The notes beneath the pieces are model-generated. The model was not told the origin of the DNA, searched no databases, and was given only the letters and a program-made list of their open reading frames with translations. From positions 1 to 37,563 of IMG/VR virus record IMGVR_UViG_3300037657_000028: a DNA stretch of 37,563 nucleotides; one strand, written 5' to 3'. This stretch comes from a virus (lineage: Duplodnaviria > Caudoviricetes). The position numbers and the translations under genes are program-made. This document shows positions 7,685-16,742 of the stretch, one piece after another (the stretch's first letter is position 1; each line of letters starts with the position of its first letter).

Positions 7685-7701
7685 AGCAAGCCCCGTACCA
7701 A
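7685..7701 (-). promoter_or_regulatory. Sigma-54 (-24/-12) promoter
   Basis: Minus strand TTGGTACGGGGCTTGCT: GG-N10-GC, one mismatch to TGGCACG-N4-TTGCW, correctly oriented upstream of the operon. Confidence 0.75.
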
Positions 7702-7798
7702 TGATATAAAAATATATAATTATTTTATAACATGTTGGAATATATGCGTAAAGTAACTGTTAAATATTGTTTAAGAGTTGGCATTGTTTTTAATTTGG

Positions 7799-7813
7799 TG
7801 ACAAAATTTGTCA
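7799..7813. promoter_or_regulatory. Palindromic candidate enhancer site
   Basis: TGACA-AAATT-TGTCA; near-copy TGACA-GATTT-TGGCA at 7890-7904. Confidence 0.55.
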
Positions 7814-7966
7814 ATGATGTTGGAGTTTTGAGGTGTTTTTGTGGTGTAAAGTGTTGATTGTATTGGGTTTGCCGTGATTTGTAACCGAGTGACAGATTTT
7901 GGCAAGGATATTGGCGGTATGGCTATATATAATATGGTATCAAAATGGCGGTTTGGGCTTTAAGGT

Positions 7967-7995
7967 TTGACATGGTGTATGATTTTGTATACACT
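7967..7995 (+). promoter_or_regulatory. Putative sigma-70 promoter for the late operon
   Basis: TTGACA-N17-TACACT upstream of terS. Confidence 0.65.
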
Positions 7996-8041
7996 TCGTG
8001 TATAATATGTGCATAAAAGTATACACTTTGAGGGGGACTGT

Positions 8042-8473
8042 ATGAAAAAGGATACACAGAAGAAAAGGCCAGTAGGGCGACCGGCATACAGACACCCCGG
8101 CGGCAGGCCTCCCTCTATAGATGCTGATGTGCTCCGTAAACTTGAGGAGGCTTTTCTGCTGGGATGCACAGACCTTGAGGCGTGTTTAGCCGCTGGCATA
8201 TCAAAAACCACGTTATACAAGTATCAGGATGAAAATCCGGATTTTGCGGAGAGAAAGGCAGAGCTGAAGGAAAACCCTGTTTACATAGCGAGACAGAGCG
8301 TTCTGAAAGGGATCGTTGATGACTCCAAACTTGCATTCGATTATTTGAAACACAAAAAGAGTGATGAATTTTCTGATAAGAAAAAGGTGGAGCTATCCAC
8401 TCCTCCAGATAAACCGCTTGAATTCGTTTTTAAAGTGATCAGTGATCATCCAGATAATGAGGAGTCAGATTGA
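8042..8473 (+). CDS. terS: Terminase small subunit
   Basis: GRPP...KLEEAFLLGCTDLEACLAAGISKTTLYKY HTH; position before terL; GAGGGG RBS. Confidence 0.85.
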   Translation: MKKDTQKKRPVGRPAYRHPGGRPPSIDADVLRKLEEAFLLGCTDLEACLAAGISKTTLYKYQDENPDFAERKAELKENPVYIARQSVLKGIVDDSKLAFDYLKHKKSDEFSDKKKVELSTPPDKPLEFVFKVISDHPDNEESD

Positions 8474-9897
8474 AGATCACACTACCCGGCAAAAAGTTTG
8501 AGCATCTGGTGTCCAAAAGTAGACGATACAAGGTTTATTACGGAGGACGTGGTTCAGGTAAAAGCCAGACGTTCACAGACGCGCTGATAGCTCAAGTAGC
8601 GCAGTACGGGCGGCGCGTGGGTTGCTTCCGGGAATATCAAAACTCTATCGATGATTCAGTGTATTCACTGTTCATCTCAGAAATCAACCGTTTGCAAGTT
8701 CCTGGATTTATCATAAGGCAAACAGAGATCGACCATGTGAACGGTGGTTCGATAAGATTCAAGGGGTTAGCTCGAAACGTTGAATCATTAAAATCCATGC
8801 ATGATTTTGATATCTTTTGGATCGAAGAGGGCCAGACGGTTAGTGCTGAGAGCCTGAGAGTGATCAAGCCTACTTTGCGTAAGCCCCTATCAGAGCTATG
8901 GGTAACCCTTAACCCCGTGTCCCGCCAAGACGCCGCCGCGATAGAAATGATTCTACCGCACGAACACCTCATGCGTGATGGAGTATATGATAACGAGCAA
9001 GATGGTACGCTGATAGCGAAGGTAAACCATAGTGATAATAAGCTTTTCCCCCATGTGCTTGAGCAAGAGCGCCTGAGGGACTACAAAACACTCCCCCGCT
9101 CTCTATACGATCACATATGGGAGGGGGCTTTTTACGACGAGGTGGACGGGTCGATCATCAAGGCAGAATGGTTTGATGCTGCCATTGATGCACATATCAA
9201 GCTCGGTTTTGAGCCTAAAGGTGCGGTAGTCGTGAGCCATGATCCATCTGATAGCGGAGATGCTAAGGGGCTTGTCATGCGGCATGGAGTAGTAGTCCTG
9301 GATGCACAAGAGAGTAAGCTCGGGACTGTCAACGATGGCGGCGATTGGGCGATAAACTACACAATAGACCACAACGCAGACCATTTTATATGGGACTGTG
9401 ACGGCATGGGTGTAGCCCTCCAAAGGCAGATAGGCGACGCCTTTAATGGCCGTAAGATAACGGCCCACATGTACCGAGGTAGTGGCGCAGTAGACAAGCC
9501 TGGGGAACGGTATCAAAACCCGGATAACACGGGCAAGAGCAAGACCAACCGAGACACTTTTAAAAACAGGCGGTCACAGCGCTATTGGGAGCTAAGGGAC
9601 CGCTTTTACAAGACATATCAAGCCATAGAGCTTAAAAAGTACATCGACCCAGATGACCTAATCAGCATATCATCAAAGATCAAGAGTATCGACCTGCTAA
9701 GGTCTGAGGTGTGCCGTATCCCTTTGAAAACAAACTCTTTAGGCCTGATACAAATCATGAGCAAAGACGATATGAGACGCATAAAGATTAAGAGCCCAAA
9801 CATGGCGGATGCCTTAAAACAATCGTTCGATGTGCCTGTTATGCAAAACATGTACCAGCACAAACACAATGAGATGGAGTATGCGTCTTTATGGTAA
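8470..9897 (+). CDS. terL: Terminase large subunit (PBSX-type)
   Basis: Walker A YGGRGSGKS, Walker B FWIEE, LWVTLNP coupling motif, nuclease SHDPS and SPNMADA. Confidence 0.95.
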   Translation: MKITLPGKKFEHLVSKSRRYKVYYGGRGSGKSQTFTDALIAQVAQYGRRVGCFREYQNSIDDSVYSLFISEINRLQVPGFIIRQTEIDHVNGGSIRFKGLARNVESLKSMHDFDIFWIEEGQTVSAESLRVIKPTLRKPLSELWVTLNPVSRQDAAAIEMILPHEHLMRDGVYDNEQDGTLIAKVNHSDNKLFPHVLEQERLRDYKTLPRSLYDHIWEGAFYDEVDGSIIKAEWFDAAIDAHIKLGFEPKGAVVVSHDPSDSGDAKGLVMRHGVVVLDAQESKLGTVNDGGDWAINYTIDHNADHFIWDCDGMGVALQRQIGDAFNGRKITAHMYRGSGAVDKPGERYQNPDNTGKSKTNRDTFKNRRSQRYWELRDRFYKTYQAIELKKYIDPDDLISISSKIKSIDLLRSEVCRIPLKTNSLGLIQIMSKDDMRRIKIKSPNMADALKQSFDVPVMQNMYQHKHNEMEYASLW

Positions 9898-11990
9898 AAA
9901 CCCATTCCGAGATGATAGAGATGACGGTGGATGCGCAAGCCTATGTGCAGGATGGGCGCGATAAAGCGAGGGAGCGTGAGGCCTTTGTGTCTGTACGTGG
10001 TGGCCAATGGGAGTCGAGCGTTTGGGCCAGGCTTGTCAACCGCCCCCGATACCAGATCGATCTAATCACGCCGATCATCCGCCAGATATGCGGTGATATA
10101 AGCAGGAGCGATTTTGAGATAGGAGTTTTGCCAACATCAAGCGATGCATCAAAGAAAACAGCGGCAACGTATGAGGGGGTCTTGAGGCACATTGCCAATA
10201 TAAGCCGATCCAAATACGTCTACAATTCCGCAGCGCGGGACATGGTAACGTCTGGTATAGGAGGATGGCGGATCTCTAACCGGTACTTATCCGGCAACCA
10301 CTTTGACCAAGACCTTCTGATAGATTACATCCACGATTTCAAGGATACCGTTTTTTTTGATACTGGCGCGCGCCTCCAGACTCATGAGGATGCTGAGTGG
10401 GTTATCGTTTTAAAAGCATTAACAAAAGCCCAATTTGAAAAACAATTCCCAAAAGCAAAAGGCCAACAGGGCATCTCCGAGCAATGGCTCACCAACGACG
10501 CATGGTTCAAAGACGGCATGGTCGTTGGCGAATATCTCTGTAAAAAGACCAAAAAAAGAGATTTAATCCTTTTATCTAACGGGATGATCTTTGAGGATAC
10601 GGACGATTACCGATCTATCATTGATGAATACATGGCCGCAGGAATCAAGGAGACCGACCGCAGAACCAAGGACATAACGACCGTTTACAGGCGCTATTAC
10701 AGCGGCGATGATTGGCTTGACGATTCAACCGAGACTTTGTTCGACATGCTTCCGGTCGTGCCTCTTTACGGTAACTATTCGATAATCGGTAATGAAATCA
10801 ACTACTTCGGAGAGCCCGAGAAGCTAATCGATCCTCAGAGAGTCATGAACTACACCTTTTCAAGGCTGGTCGAGGATACTTCTCTAAAACCAAAGTCAAA
10901 AGTCTGGATGACACGCGAGCAAGCATCCGGAAATGAGGCCGACTATCGAACACTCAACGTCGACAACAAGCCAGTGGCCTTTTACAATCATATTGACGGC
11001 CAGATACCGCCCGACTATCGGCAGCCATCACCGCCTGACCCTACTTTGATAGCGATCATGGGCGCAGCATCGGACTACATCAACCAAGTTGCCGGTCGTT
11101 TTGCTGCCAACATGGGGGATAATCCGGGCCTGCAATCTGGAGTTGCCATTGACCATCAAATCAGCCAGGGCAACAACAGCTCATCAACCTATTTTGAGTC
11201 GCTATCTTTGGCCATAACCCATACGGCCAAGATCCTAATCAACGCCATACCCAAAAACTACGGCGACCGACAGTCAGTCAGGATCGTTGGAGAGGATGGC
11301 ACGGCGGATTTCGCAAAACTCAGGGAAGCCACAATAGACCGTCAAACCGGCCGGGTGATCGAACTCAATGACCTGTCAAAAGGCGTTTATGATGTCGTGG
11401 TGGCAGTCGGACCCGGCTATCAAAATAAACAGCAGGAGACCGTTGAGAACATCATAGAGATCGCCAAAGTAGATCCTTCTATCCTGCAAATTGGATCCGA
11501 TGTCCTCCTGCAAAACATCAACGCTCCCGGATTAAAGCAGATCTCAGAGAGGAAGCGCCGCCAGATGGTCATGGCTGGCGTGATACCAGAAGAGCAGCTA
11601 TCCGAAGAGGAAAAAGCCCTATTACAGCAGCAACAGCAGCAGGGCCAACAGCAAACCTCCCCAATGGATCAGCTTGCACTTGCAACGGCACAGGCTGAAA
11701 TTGAAAAGGCCCAGGCACAAACGGCTGATATTATCTCAAAGGTGGAAGAACGCTCAAAGAAAAGCGAACTTGAGAACAGGAAGCTTGCTCTACAGGCTGA
11801 ATCAATGGCTATCAGCATGCAAGAGAGCCAAAGGAAGGCACAACTTGAGATGCAAACGACCATAGACGGCCACTATAAGACCATAGCTGAGACAATGAAA
11901 ATAATTAAGGATGCAATTGGCGCGGATGCGATCATGCACCCGGCAGCCATCGCAGCATACGAGAAGAACGCAGTAGATCTAAACAAGTAG
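9891..11990 (+). CDS. P22-like portal protein
   Basis: 699 aa after terL; GGQW, SGVAI motif, long C-terminal coiled-coil barrel. Confidence 0.9.
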   Translation: MVKTHSEMIEMTVDAQAYVQDGRDKAREREAFVSVRGGQWESSVWARLVNRPRYQIDLITPIIRQICGDISRSDFEIGVLPTSSDASKKTAATYEGVLRHIANISRSKYVYNSAARDMVTSGIGGWRISNRYLSGNHFDQDLLIDYIHDFKDTVFFDTGARLQTHEDAEWVIVLKALTKAQFEKQFPKAKGQQGISEQWLTNDAWFKDGMVVGEYLCKKTKKRDLILLSNGMIFEDTDDYRSIIDEYMAAGIKETDRRTKDITTVYRRYYSGDDWLDDSTETLFDMLPVVPLYGNYSIIGNEINYFGEPEKLIDPQRVMNYTFSRLVEDTSLKPKSKVWMTREQASGNEADYRTLNVDNKPVAFYNHIDGQIPPDYRQPSPPDPTLIAIMGAASDYINQVAGRFAANMGDNPGLQSGVAIDHQISQGNNSSSTYFESLSLAITHTAKILINAIPKNYGDRQSVRIVGEDGTADFAKLREATIDRQTGRVIELNDLSKGVYDVVVAVGPGYQNKQQETVENIIEIAKVDPSILQIGSDVLLQNINAPGLKQISERKRRQMVMAGVIPEEQLSEEEKALLQQQQQQGQQQTSPMDQLALATAQAEIEKAQAQTADIISKVEERSKKSELENRKLALQAESMAISMQESQRKAQLEMQTTIDGHYKTIAETMKIIKDAIGADAIMHPAAIAAYEKNAVDLNK

Positions 11991-12069
11991 TAAACCTGTA
12001 CGTGACAGAATCACGGGAAGCAGGGTACGTGAACCCTTATCAAACACGGGATTGGACAAGGTGTAGTAA

Positions 12070-12882
12070 ATGGAACAAGAACAAATTGAGCAAAATGAAC
12101 AAGTAGCAAATGTAGTATTTGAAGGTGAAGAGCAAAAAAAGCCGGAGACCAACGAGGAACCATCTAAAAGTGATCCGACTGAACAGGAACCGGGTGGAAC
12201 CCAGCCTGAACAGAAGCCAAAAGATGAAACCACGATCAATCAGGAGGCCGTCAACAGAGCGATAAACAAGCAGCACGCAAAGTTTAAAGCAGCTGAAGAA
12301 GAGCGCCTTAGATTGCAAGCGGAACTTGACGCTATCAGGGGCAAGGTGGAGTCTATACAGCCTATTCCGGACATGCCTGACCCGTTTGATGACGATTTCC
12401 AGGCGAAACTAAAGGCTCGTGACGCTGTTTTACAAGCAAACGCCCGTAAGATGTACGAGGCGGACATTGCTAAACGCTCCGAAGAAGAAAAACAGCGTGA
12501 ATATGTCGCCGCCAGACATCGAGAGCTGAACGAGGCAACCACAAAGTATCAAGACACGGCCAAACAAGGCGGAATAGACCAGGCCAACTTGAATCTTTAT
12601 GAGATGGTTTTCGCGGCCGCCAACCCTTCACCGGATCTTGCTGATTTCATTTTGAAACATAAGTCTGGGCCATTTATCATTGAACACCTTGGAAAAAATC
12701 TTGAGGAATTGGATAAAATAGTGGGCATGTCGCCCACGCATGCAGCCGCTTACATAGCGGAATCGGTAGCGCCAAAAATGGGCGCTAAAGTAAAAACAAA
12801 ATACGCCACAACGGGGGATCTACAGGGTTCAGGAAGCCCCAGTAATGAAGACCCCGTATTGAAAGGCGTGAAATTCGAATAG
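12070..12882 (+). CDS. Scaffolding protein
   Basis: Acidic, helical; between portal and coat as in P22. Confidence 0.8.
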   Translation: MEQEQIEQNEQVANVVFEGEEQKKPETNEEPSKSDPTEQEPGGTQPEQKPKDETTINQEAVNRAINKQHAKFKAAEEERLRLQAELDAIRGKVESIQPIPDMPDPFDDDFQAKLKARDAVLQANARKMYEADIAKRSEEEKQREYVAARHRELNEATTKYQDTAKQGGIDQANLNLYEMVFAAANPSPDLADFILKHKSGPFIIEHLGKNLEELDKIVGMSPTHAAAYIAESVAPKMGAKVKTKYATTGDLQGSGSPSNEDPVLKGVKFE

Positions 12883-12894
12883 GAGTTTTAAAAA

Positions 12895-14163
12895 ATGGCT
12901 AATAATTTTACCAGCAACGTCGAAAAGAAAATTGCAAAAGGGTTCGCCGCAGCTTTTGAGAAAGAACGTGTCCTCTCTCGCACCGTGAATACGAGTGTCG
13001 TTGAAGGCTTGTTTAGCCCTTCATCCGGGGCAACAGCTTACGTCAAGAGACCGCACCAGTACACGTCCCTGAGTACCGCCGCCGGTGATATCAGCGGTGA
13101 GACCAAAGGATCAATTATCAGCGGTCTTGCGCCTGTTACGGTTCAGAACTATATCACCGTTCCGCTTGAATGGTCGGAATATTACGAATCGTTGTACATG
13201 GATGATATGGAGACGATACTGAGACCGGCAGCCAGGCAGCTTGTTATCGACCTTGAAACCAAATTGAATGAGTTCATGGTCAAAAACCTTGGCCTGACTT
13301 ACGGAACGCTTGGAACTCTGGTTGACGCTTGGTCGGATGTCGCCGGATGCGGCGCTATGCTGGATTCTTTGGGTGTGCCTTCTGGTGATCGATATTATAT
13401 CGCCAACCCGTTTGTTCAAACACTCTTGGCTTCAGCTTTGCAGGGTGTGTCTAATCCTTCCAGCTCCAAAGTTGATACCGCCTTTGAAGAGGCAAAGTTT
13501 GGTAAGAAAATCAGCGGATTGCAGCCCATGACGGCAAGCTCTCTTTATTCATGGACTAACGGTGCTTGTGCGGATCTCGCGGGAGCATTGAGTGCAAACC
13601 CGGATGTAACATACGTCACCGCAAAAGACACCATGACTCAGACGCTTGCGCTCAAGAGCCTGTCAGCAGCCGGTGTAATCACGGCAGGGTCCACCATTGA
13701 GTACACAGCAATTTATCATGTCAATCCGAGAACAGGACTCCCGATTCGTGGTGTGTCTGGTGCTCTTGTCCCCTTCCGACAGACCGTTGTCACTGGTGTT
13801 ACCCTTGATGGTTCAGGAACCGGGTCAATCACTGTTACCCCTGCGGCAATCTATGAATCAGGGGGGGCTTACAATAACGTTTCGGCCGCACCTGTAGCAG
13901 ACACAGTCGTGACTGTCCTTGGAGCTACCGCAACGGCGTATCAGCCTTCCTTATTCTATCACAAGGATGCCATTGCGCTCGCAACGATCAAACTTCAGAA
14001 GCTTGACGCTACCAACTCTGTATTTACCACGGCGGATGGCATGTCTGTGAGGGTGTGCAAGTATTCGGATGGTGATAAGAACATCCAGAAGATCAGGTTT
14101 GATATTCTCCCGGCATTCGGTGTTCTGAACCCGATGTTCGGCGGTAAATCGTTCGGCCTTTAA
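12895..14163 (+). CDS. Major capsid protein (P22 gp5-like)
   Basis: 422 aa; MANNF start, YVKRP, LFYHKDAIALAT, IRFDILPAFGVLNP; AGGAG RBS. Confidence 0.93.
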   Translation: MANNFTSNVEKKIAKGFAAAFEKERVLSRTVNTSVVEGLFSPSSGATAYVKRPHQYTSLSTAAGDISGETKGSIISGLAPVTVQNYITVPLEWSEYYESLYMDDMETILRPAARQLVIDLETKLNEFMVKNLGLTYGTLGTLVDAWSDVAGCGAMLDSLGVPSGDRYYIANPFVQTLLASALQGVSNPSSSKVDTAFEEAKFGKKISGLQPMTASSLYSWTNGACADLAGALSANPDVTYVTAKDTMTQTLALKSLSAAGVITAGSTIEYTAIYHVNPRTGLPIRGVSGALVPFRQTVVTGVTLDGSGTGSITVTPAAIYESGGAYNNVSAAPVADTVVTVLGATATAYQPSLFYHKDAIALATIKLQKLDATNSVFTTADGMSVRVCKYSDGDKNIQKIRFDILPAFGVLNPMFGGKSFGL

Positions 14164-14169
14164 ACTAAC

Positions 14170-14197
14170 GGCGCTACCTCTTACATGGGGTAGCGCC
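14170..14197 (+). terminator. Hairpin after the capsid gene
   Basis: GGCGCTACCTC-TTACAT-GGGGTAGCGCC; no U tract, so possibly a stabiliser or leaky terminator. Confidence 0.55.
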
Positions 14198-14214
14198 TAA
14201 CCAAAAGGAATTTT

Positions 14215-14508
14215 ATGAGTACTCTTTATTTCAAAGACAAAAAAATCTCATGCGATGATATCCATGATGATTTCTTTATCGCCAAAGGCGCAACACGAGA
14301 AATCCAGGATCTTCCGAATTTCGTTCAGGCCAAAAACCTTATCGGCTTTTATTTTAAACGAGACGATACGGTGATCCGGGTCTTGGGCGACATAGCCGGG
14401 GCGACTGAGTTTTATGAAGTCGGCGCTTCACGGAATTTTGACGCACCAAAATTTAACGAACCGTCTCCTGAAAAGGTTAAAAGATGGCAGAAACAGCGCG
14501 AGAAATAA
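14215..14508 (+). CDS. Small hypothetical (possibly virion-associated) protein
   Basis: AAAGGA RBS; after the coat gene; weak internal duplication (YFK...GAxR). Confidence 0.65.
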   Translation: MSTLYFKDKKISCDDIHDDFFIAKGATREIQDLPNFVQAKNLIGFYFKRDDTVIRVLGDIAGATEFYEVGASRNFDAPKFNEPSPEKVKRWQKQREK

Positions 14509-14921
14509 TCTATGACGCACTGAGGTTTATCCTTGTAACAGGCGACGAAGAACCAGTACAAGCGGTTGACTTGAATCGTGGTATCAGGCTCCTTAACCGT
14601 ATGATGGCGGCCTTTGAAGCTGAAGGGATAGACCTAAGTTATGTCGCAGTCACAGCCGGGACCGATGAGGTTGACGTTGACGACGGGGCCTATGAGGGCA
14701 TAATCGCCAATTTAGCTCTCCGAATGTGGCCATATTATTACAAGGGAGATCCTAACCAGATCGTTGTTTTGCATGCGGCAAAGGGCAAGAAGGATCTTTA
14801 CATGATAGCGGTTGAGGTTGAGGAGATGGATTTCCCTGACTCCTTGCCTATCGGGTCTGGAAACGAGAACCAGGCCGGAATATACGATGATCCATTTTTT
14901 GAACAGGAATATCCAGTTTAA
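14484..14921 (+). CDS. Head-tail adaptor (P22 gp4-like)
   Basis: LNRMMA, NLALR, LPIGSGN motifs; gene order. Confidence 0.85.
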   Translation: MAETAREIIYDALRFILVTGDEEPVQAVDLNRGIRLLNRMMAAFEAEGIDLSYVAVTAGTDEVDVDDGAYEGIIANLALRMWPYYYKGDPNQIVVLHAAKGKKDLYMIAVEVEEMDFPDSLPIGSGNENQAGIYDDPFFEQEYPV

Positions 14922-16330
14922 TGGCGATCAAACTCCAAATAGCGAATGGGTTCTATAAGTCAAAAAGCCTCCCACTATCGCACCAAGAATGTGTCAACTT
15001 TTATCCTTCCATACCGGAAGTTCAAGGCACGTTGGCGGAGGCGATGTTATTCGGAACACCTGGTATCTATTCGGTGGCCTCAAGTGTGAACCCAAGAGAG
15101 ATCAACCGGGGCGCACATGCCATGGATGGAATACCGTATTTTGTCAACGGCGGGTATCTGTATTCGTTGGATTCGGCCTATACGGTGACACAAATAGGCG
15201 CTATATCTGGAACGGGCCGGGTGTCGATGGCAGACAACGGAACACAACTCATGATCTTAGTTCCGGGTGGGACGGGGTATATTTACACGGTTGCCGGTGG
15301 CCTTTCAACGATATCTGACGGAGACTTTAGCGCAAGCGGGAACCCGTTGCATGTTGTTTTCATTGACGGGTATTTTGCAGCCACGACCGATGAGAAAAAA
15401 TGGATTATATCGGCCCTTAATGACGGAACATCATGGAACGCCTTAGATTTTGGTAGCGCCGAGAGCGATCCAGACGGAGCGGTCGCCCCGGTTGTAGCGC
15501 AAAACATGGCTTTCATAGCCGGTTCAAGGACGACGGAAGGTTATCAGAACGTTGGTGGTGTCGGTTTTCCCTTCCAGAGATCAGGCGTTTTTCTTGACAA
15601 GGGATGTTTTGCGCCTTTCTCGATTGTGAATTCCGGTGGAACGTTTGCGATGGTGGGCGGCGGCAAGAATGAAAGCCCCGCCATATGGTTATATTCTGGC
15701 AACAATTTCAAAAAGATATCTCACACAGCCATTGACGCTTATTTGTCGTCATTATCGGCGGATGTGATTTATGGTTCGTTCGGGTTCTCTTATGCAAGCG
15801 GCGGCGGTTATTTTATAGGCTTCACTTTCGAGGGCGCCACAACTTTCGTTTACGATCTCTCTTCTGGTGCATGGCACGAGCGAAGGAGCCGGGTTGAGGA
15901 GGTTGATAGCAGGTGGCGGGTGAACTCCATAGTTGAGGCATACGGCAAAACTCTGGTTGGTGATAGTTATGACGGCCGGATAGGAATTCTTGACGAGGAC
16001 GTTTATGGTGAGTACGGCGGAGACATCATTAGAACTTTCACGACACAGGTTTTTGACGATGCTGGCGATCCGTTTGCACTAAGTAAGGTTGAACTAACGG
16101 TTGAATCTGGTGTTGGCAATGCTACTGTCCCAAATCCAACTATGGCGATGTCATGCTCACGAGACGGAAAAACATTTAATTATGAGCGTGTCAGGAGCAT
16201 AGGGGCCATTGGTGAATATGACCGCTTGGGAATATGGAGAGGTGTCGGAAGGTTCCCAAGATTCGGGTATTTGAGATTCAGATTATCGGGCCAATTTAAA
16301 CCAGTTGTCATAAAAGTGGAGGTTGAATGA
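14921..16330 (+). CDS. Tail hub / DNA stabilisation protein (P22 gp10-like)
   Basis: 469 aa; GRVSMADNG, FIDGYF, AESDPD, TFVYD...WHER motifs. Confidence 0.9.
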   Translation: MAIKLQIANGFYKSKSLPLSHQECVNFYPSIPEVQGTLAEAMLFGTPGIYSVASSVNPREINRGAHAMDGIPYFVNGGYLYSLDSAYTVTQIGAISGTGRVSMADNGTQLMILVPGGTGYIYTVAGGLSTISDGDFSASGNPLHVVFIDGYFAATTDEKKWIISALNDGTSWNALDFGSAESDPDGAVAPVVAQNMAFIAGSRTTEGYQNVGGVGFPFQRSGVFLDKGCFAPFSIVNSGGTFAMVGGGKNESPAIWLYSGNNFKKISHTAIDAYLSSLSADVIYGSFGFSYASGGGYFIGFTFEGATTFVYDLSSGAWHERRSRVEEVDSRWRVNSIVEAYGKTLVGDSYDGRIGILDEDVYGEYGGDIIRTFTTQVFDDAGDPFALSKVELTVESGVGNATVPNPTMAMSCSRDGKTFNYERVRSIGAIGEYDRLGIWRGVGRFPRFGYLRFRLSGQFKPVVIKVEVE

Positions 16331-16731
16331 ACACAGGAATTCCCAATTACGATCCTTCACGTTACTCCGTTGATACAGACGGAACATTCACTTTGTATTT
16401 TCAATGGGTTATCCGCAACCTGATAAACGGCCTGAATGATTTAAAATACACAAAAGAAATTGTTGAATCATTGGCGGATGGTGCAACAACCCAACTTGAA
16501 CCGGGTTATGCTGGTTATGGAGAAGCAATGATTGGCGACAACCAAGAATGGCTAACCTTCAGGTTCACTAAGACCGGAGTTGTTACAATTGTAGCACAGT
16601 CGACAAACGTCGCAAACTCAGATTCAGGGTCGAACCTGTGTGTTTATGATGGAGGTTCAGGGGTCACAATAAAGAACAGATTAGGGAGCACGCTGGTTTT
16701 AAGGTGTTCCGTCAAATATAGCCCGGCATAA
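16327..16731 (+). CDS. Tail protein at the gp26 needle position
   Basis: Gene order; short N-terminal helix then beta-rich knob-like region. Confidence 0.5.
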   Translation: MNTGIPNYDPSRYSVDTDGTFTLYFQWVIRNLINGLNDLKYTKEIVESLADGATTQLEPGYAGYGEAMIGDNQEWLTFRFTKTGVVTIVAQSTNVANSDSGSNLCVYDGGSGVTIKNRLGSTLVLRCSVKYSPA

Positions 16732-16742
16732 GGAGTTTTAAT

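Noticed and set aside
11625-11654. Poly-Gln tract in the portal protein
   Set aside because: Low-complexity linker before the barrel domain, common in P22-like portals.
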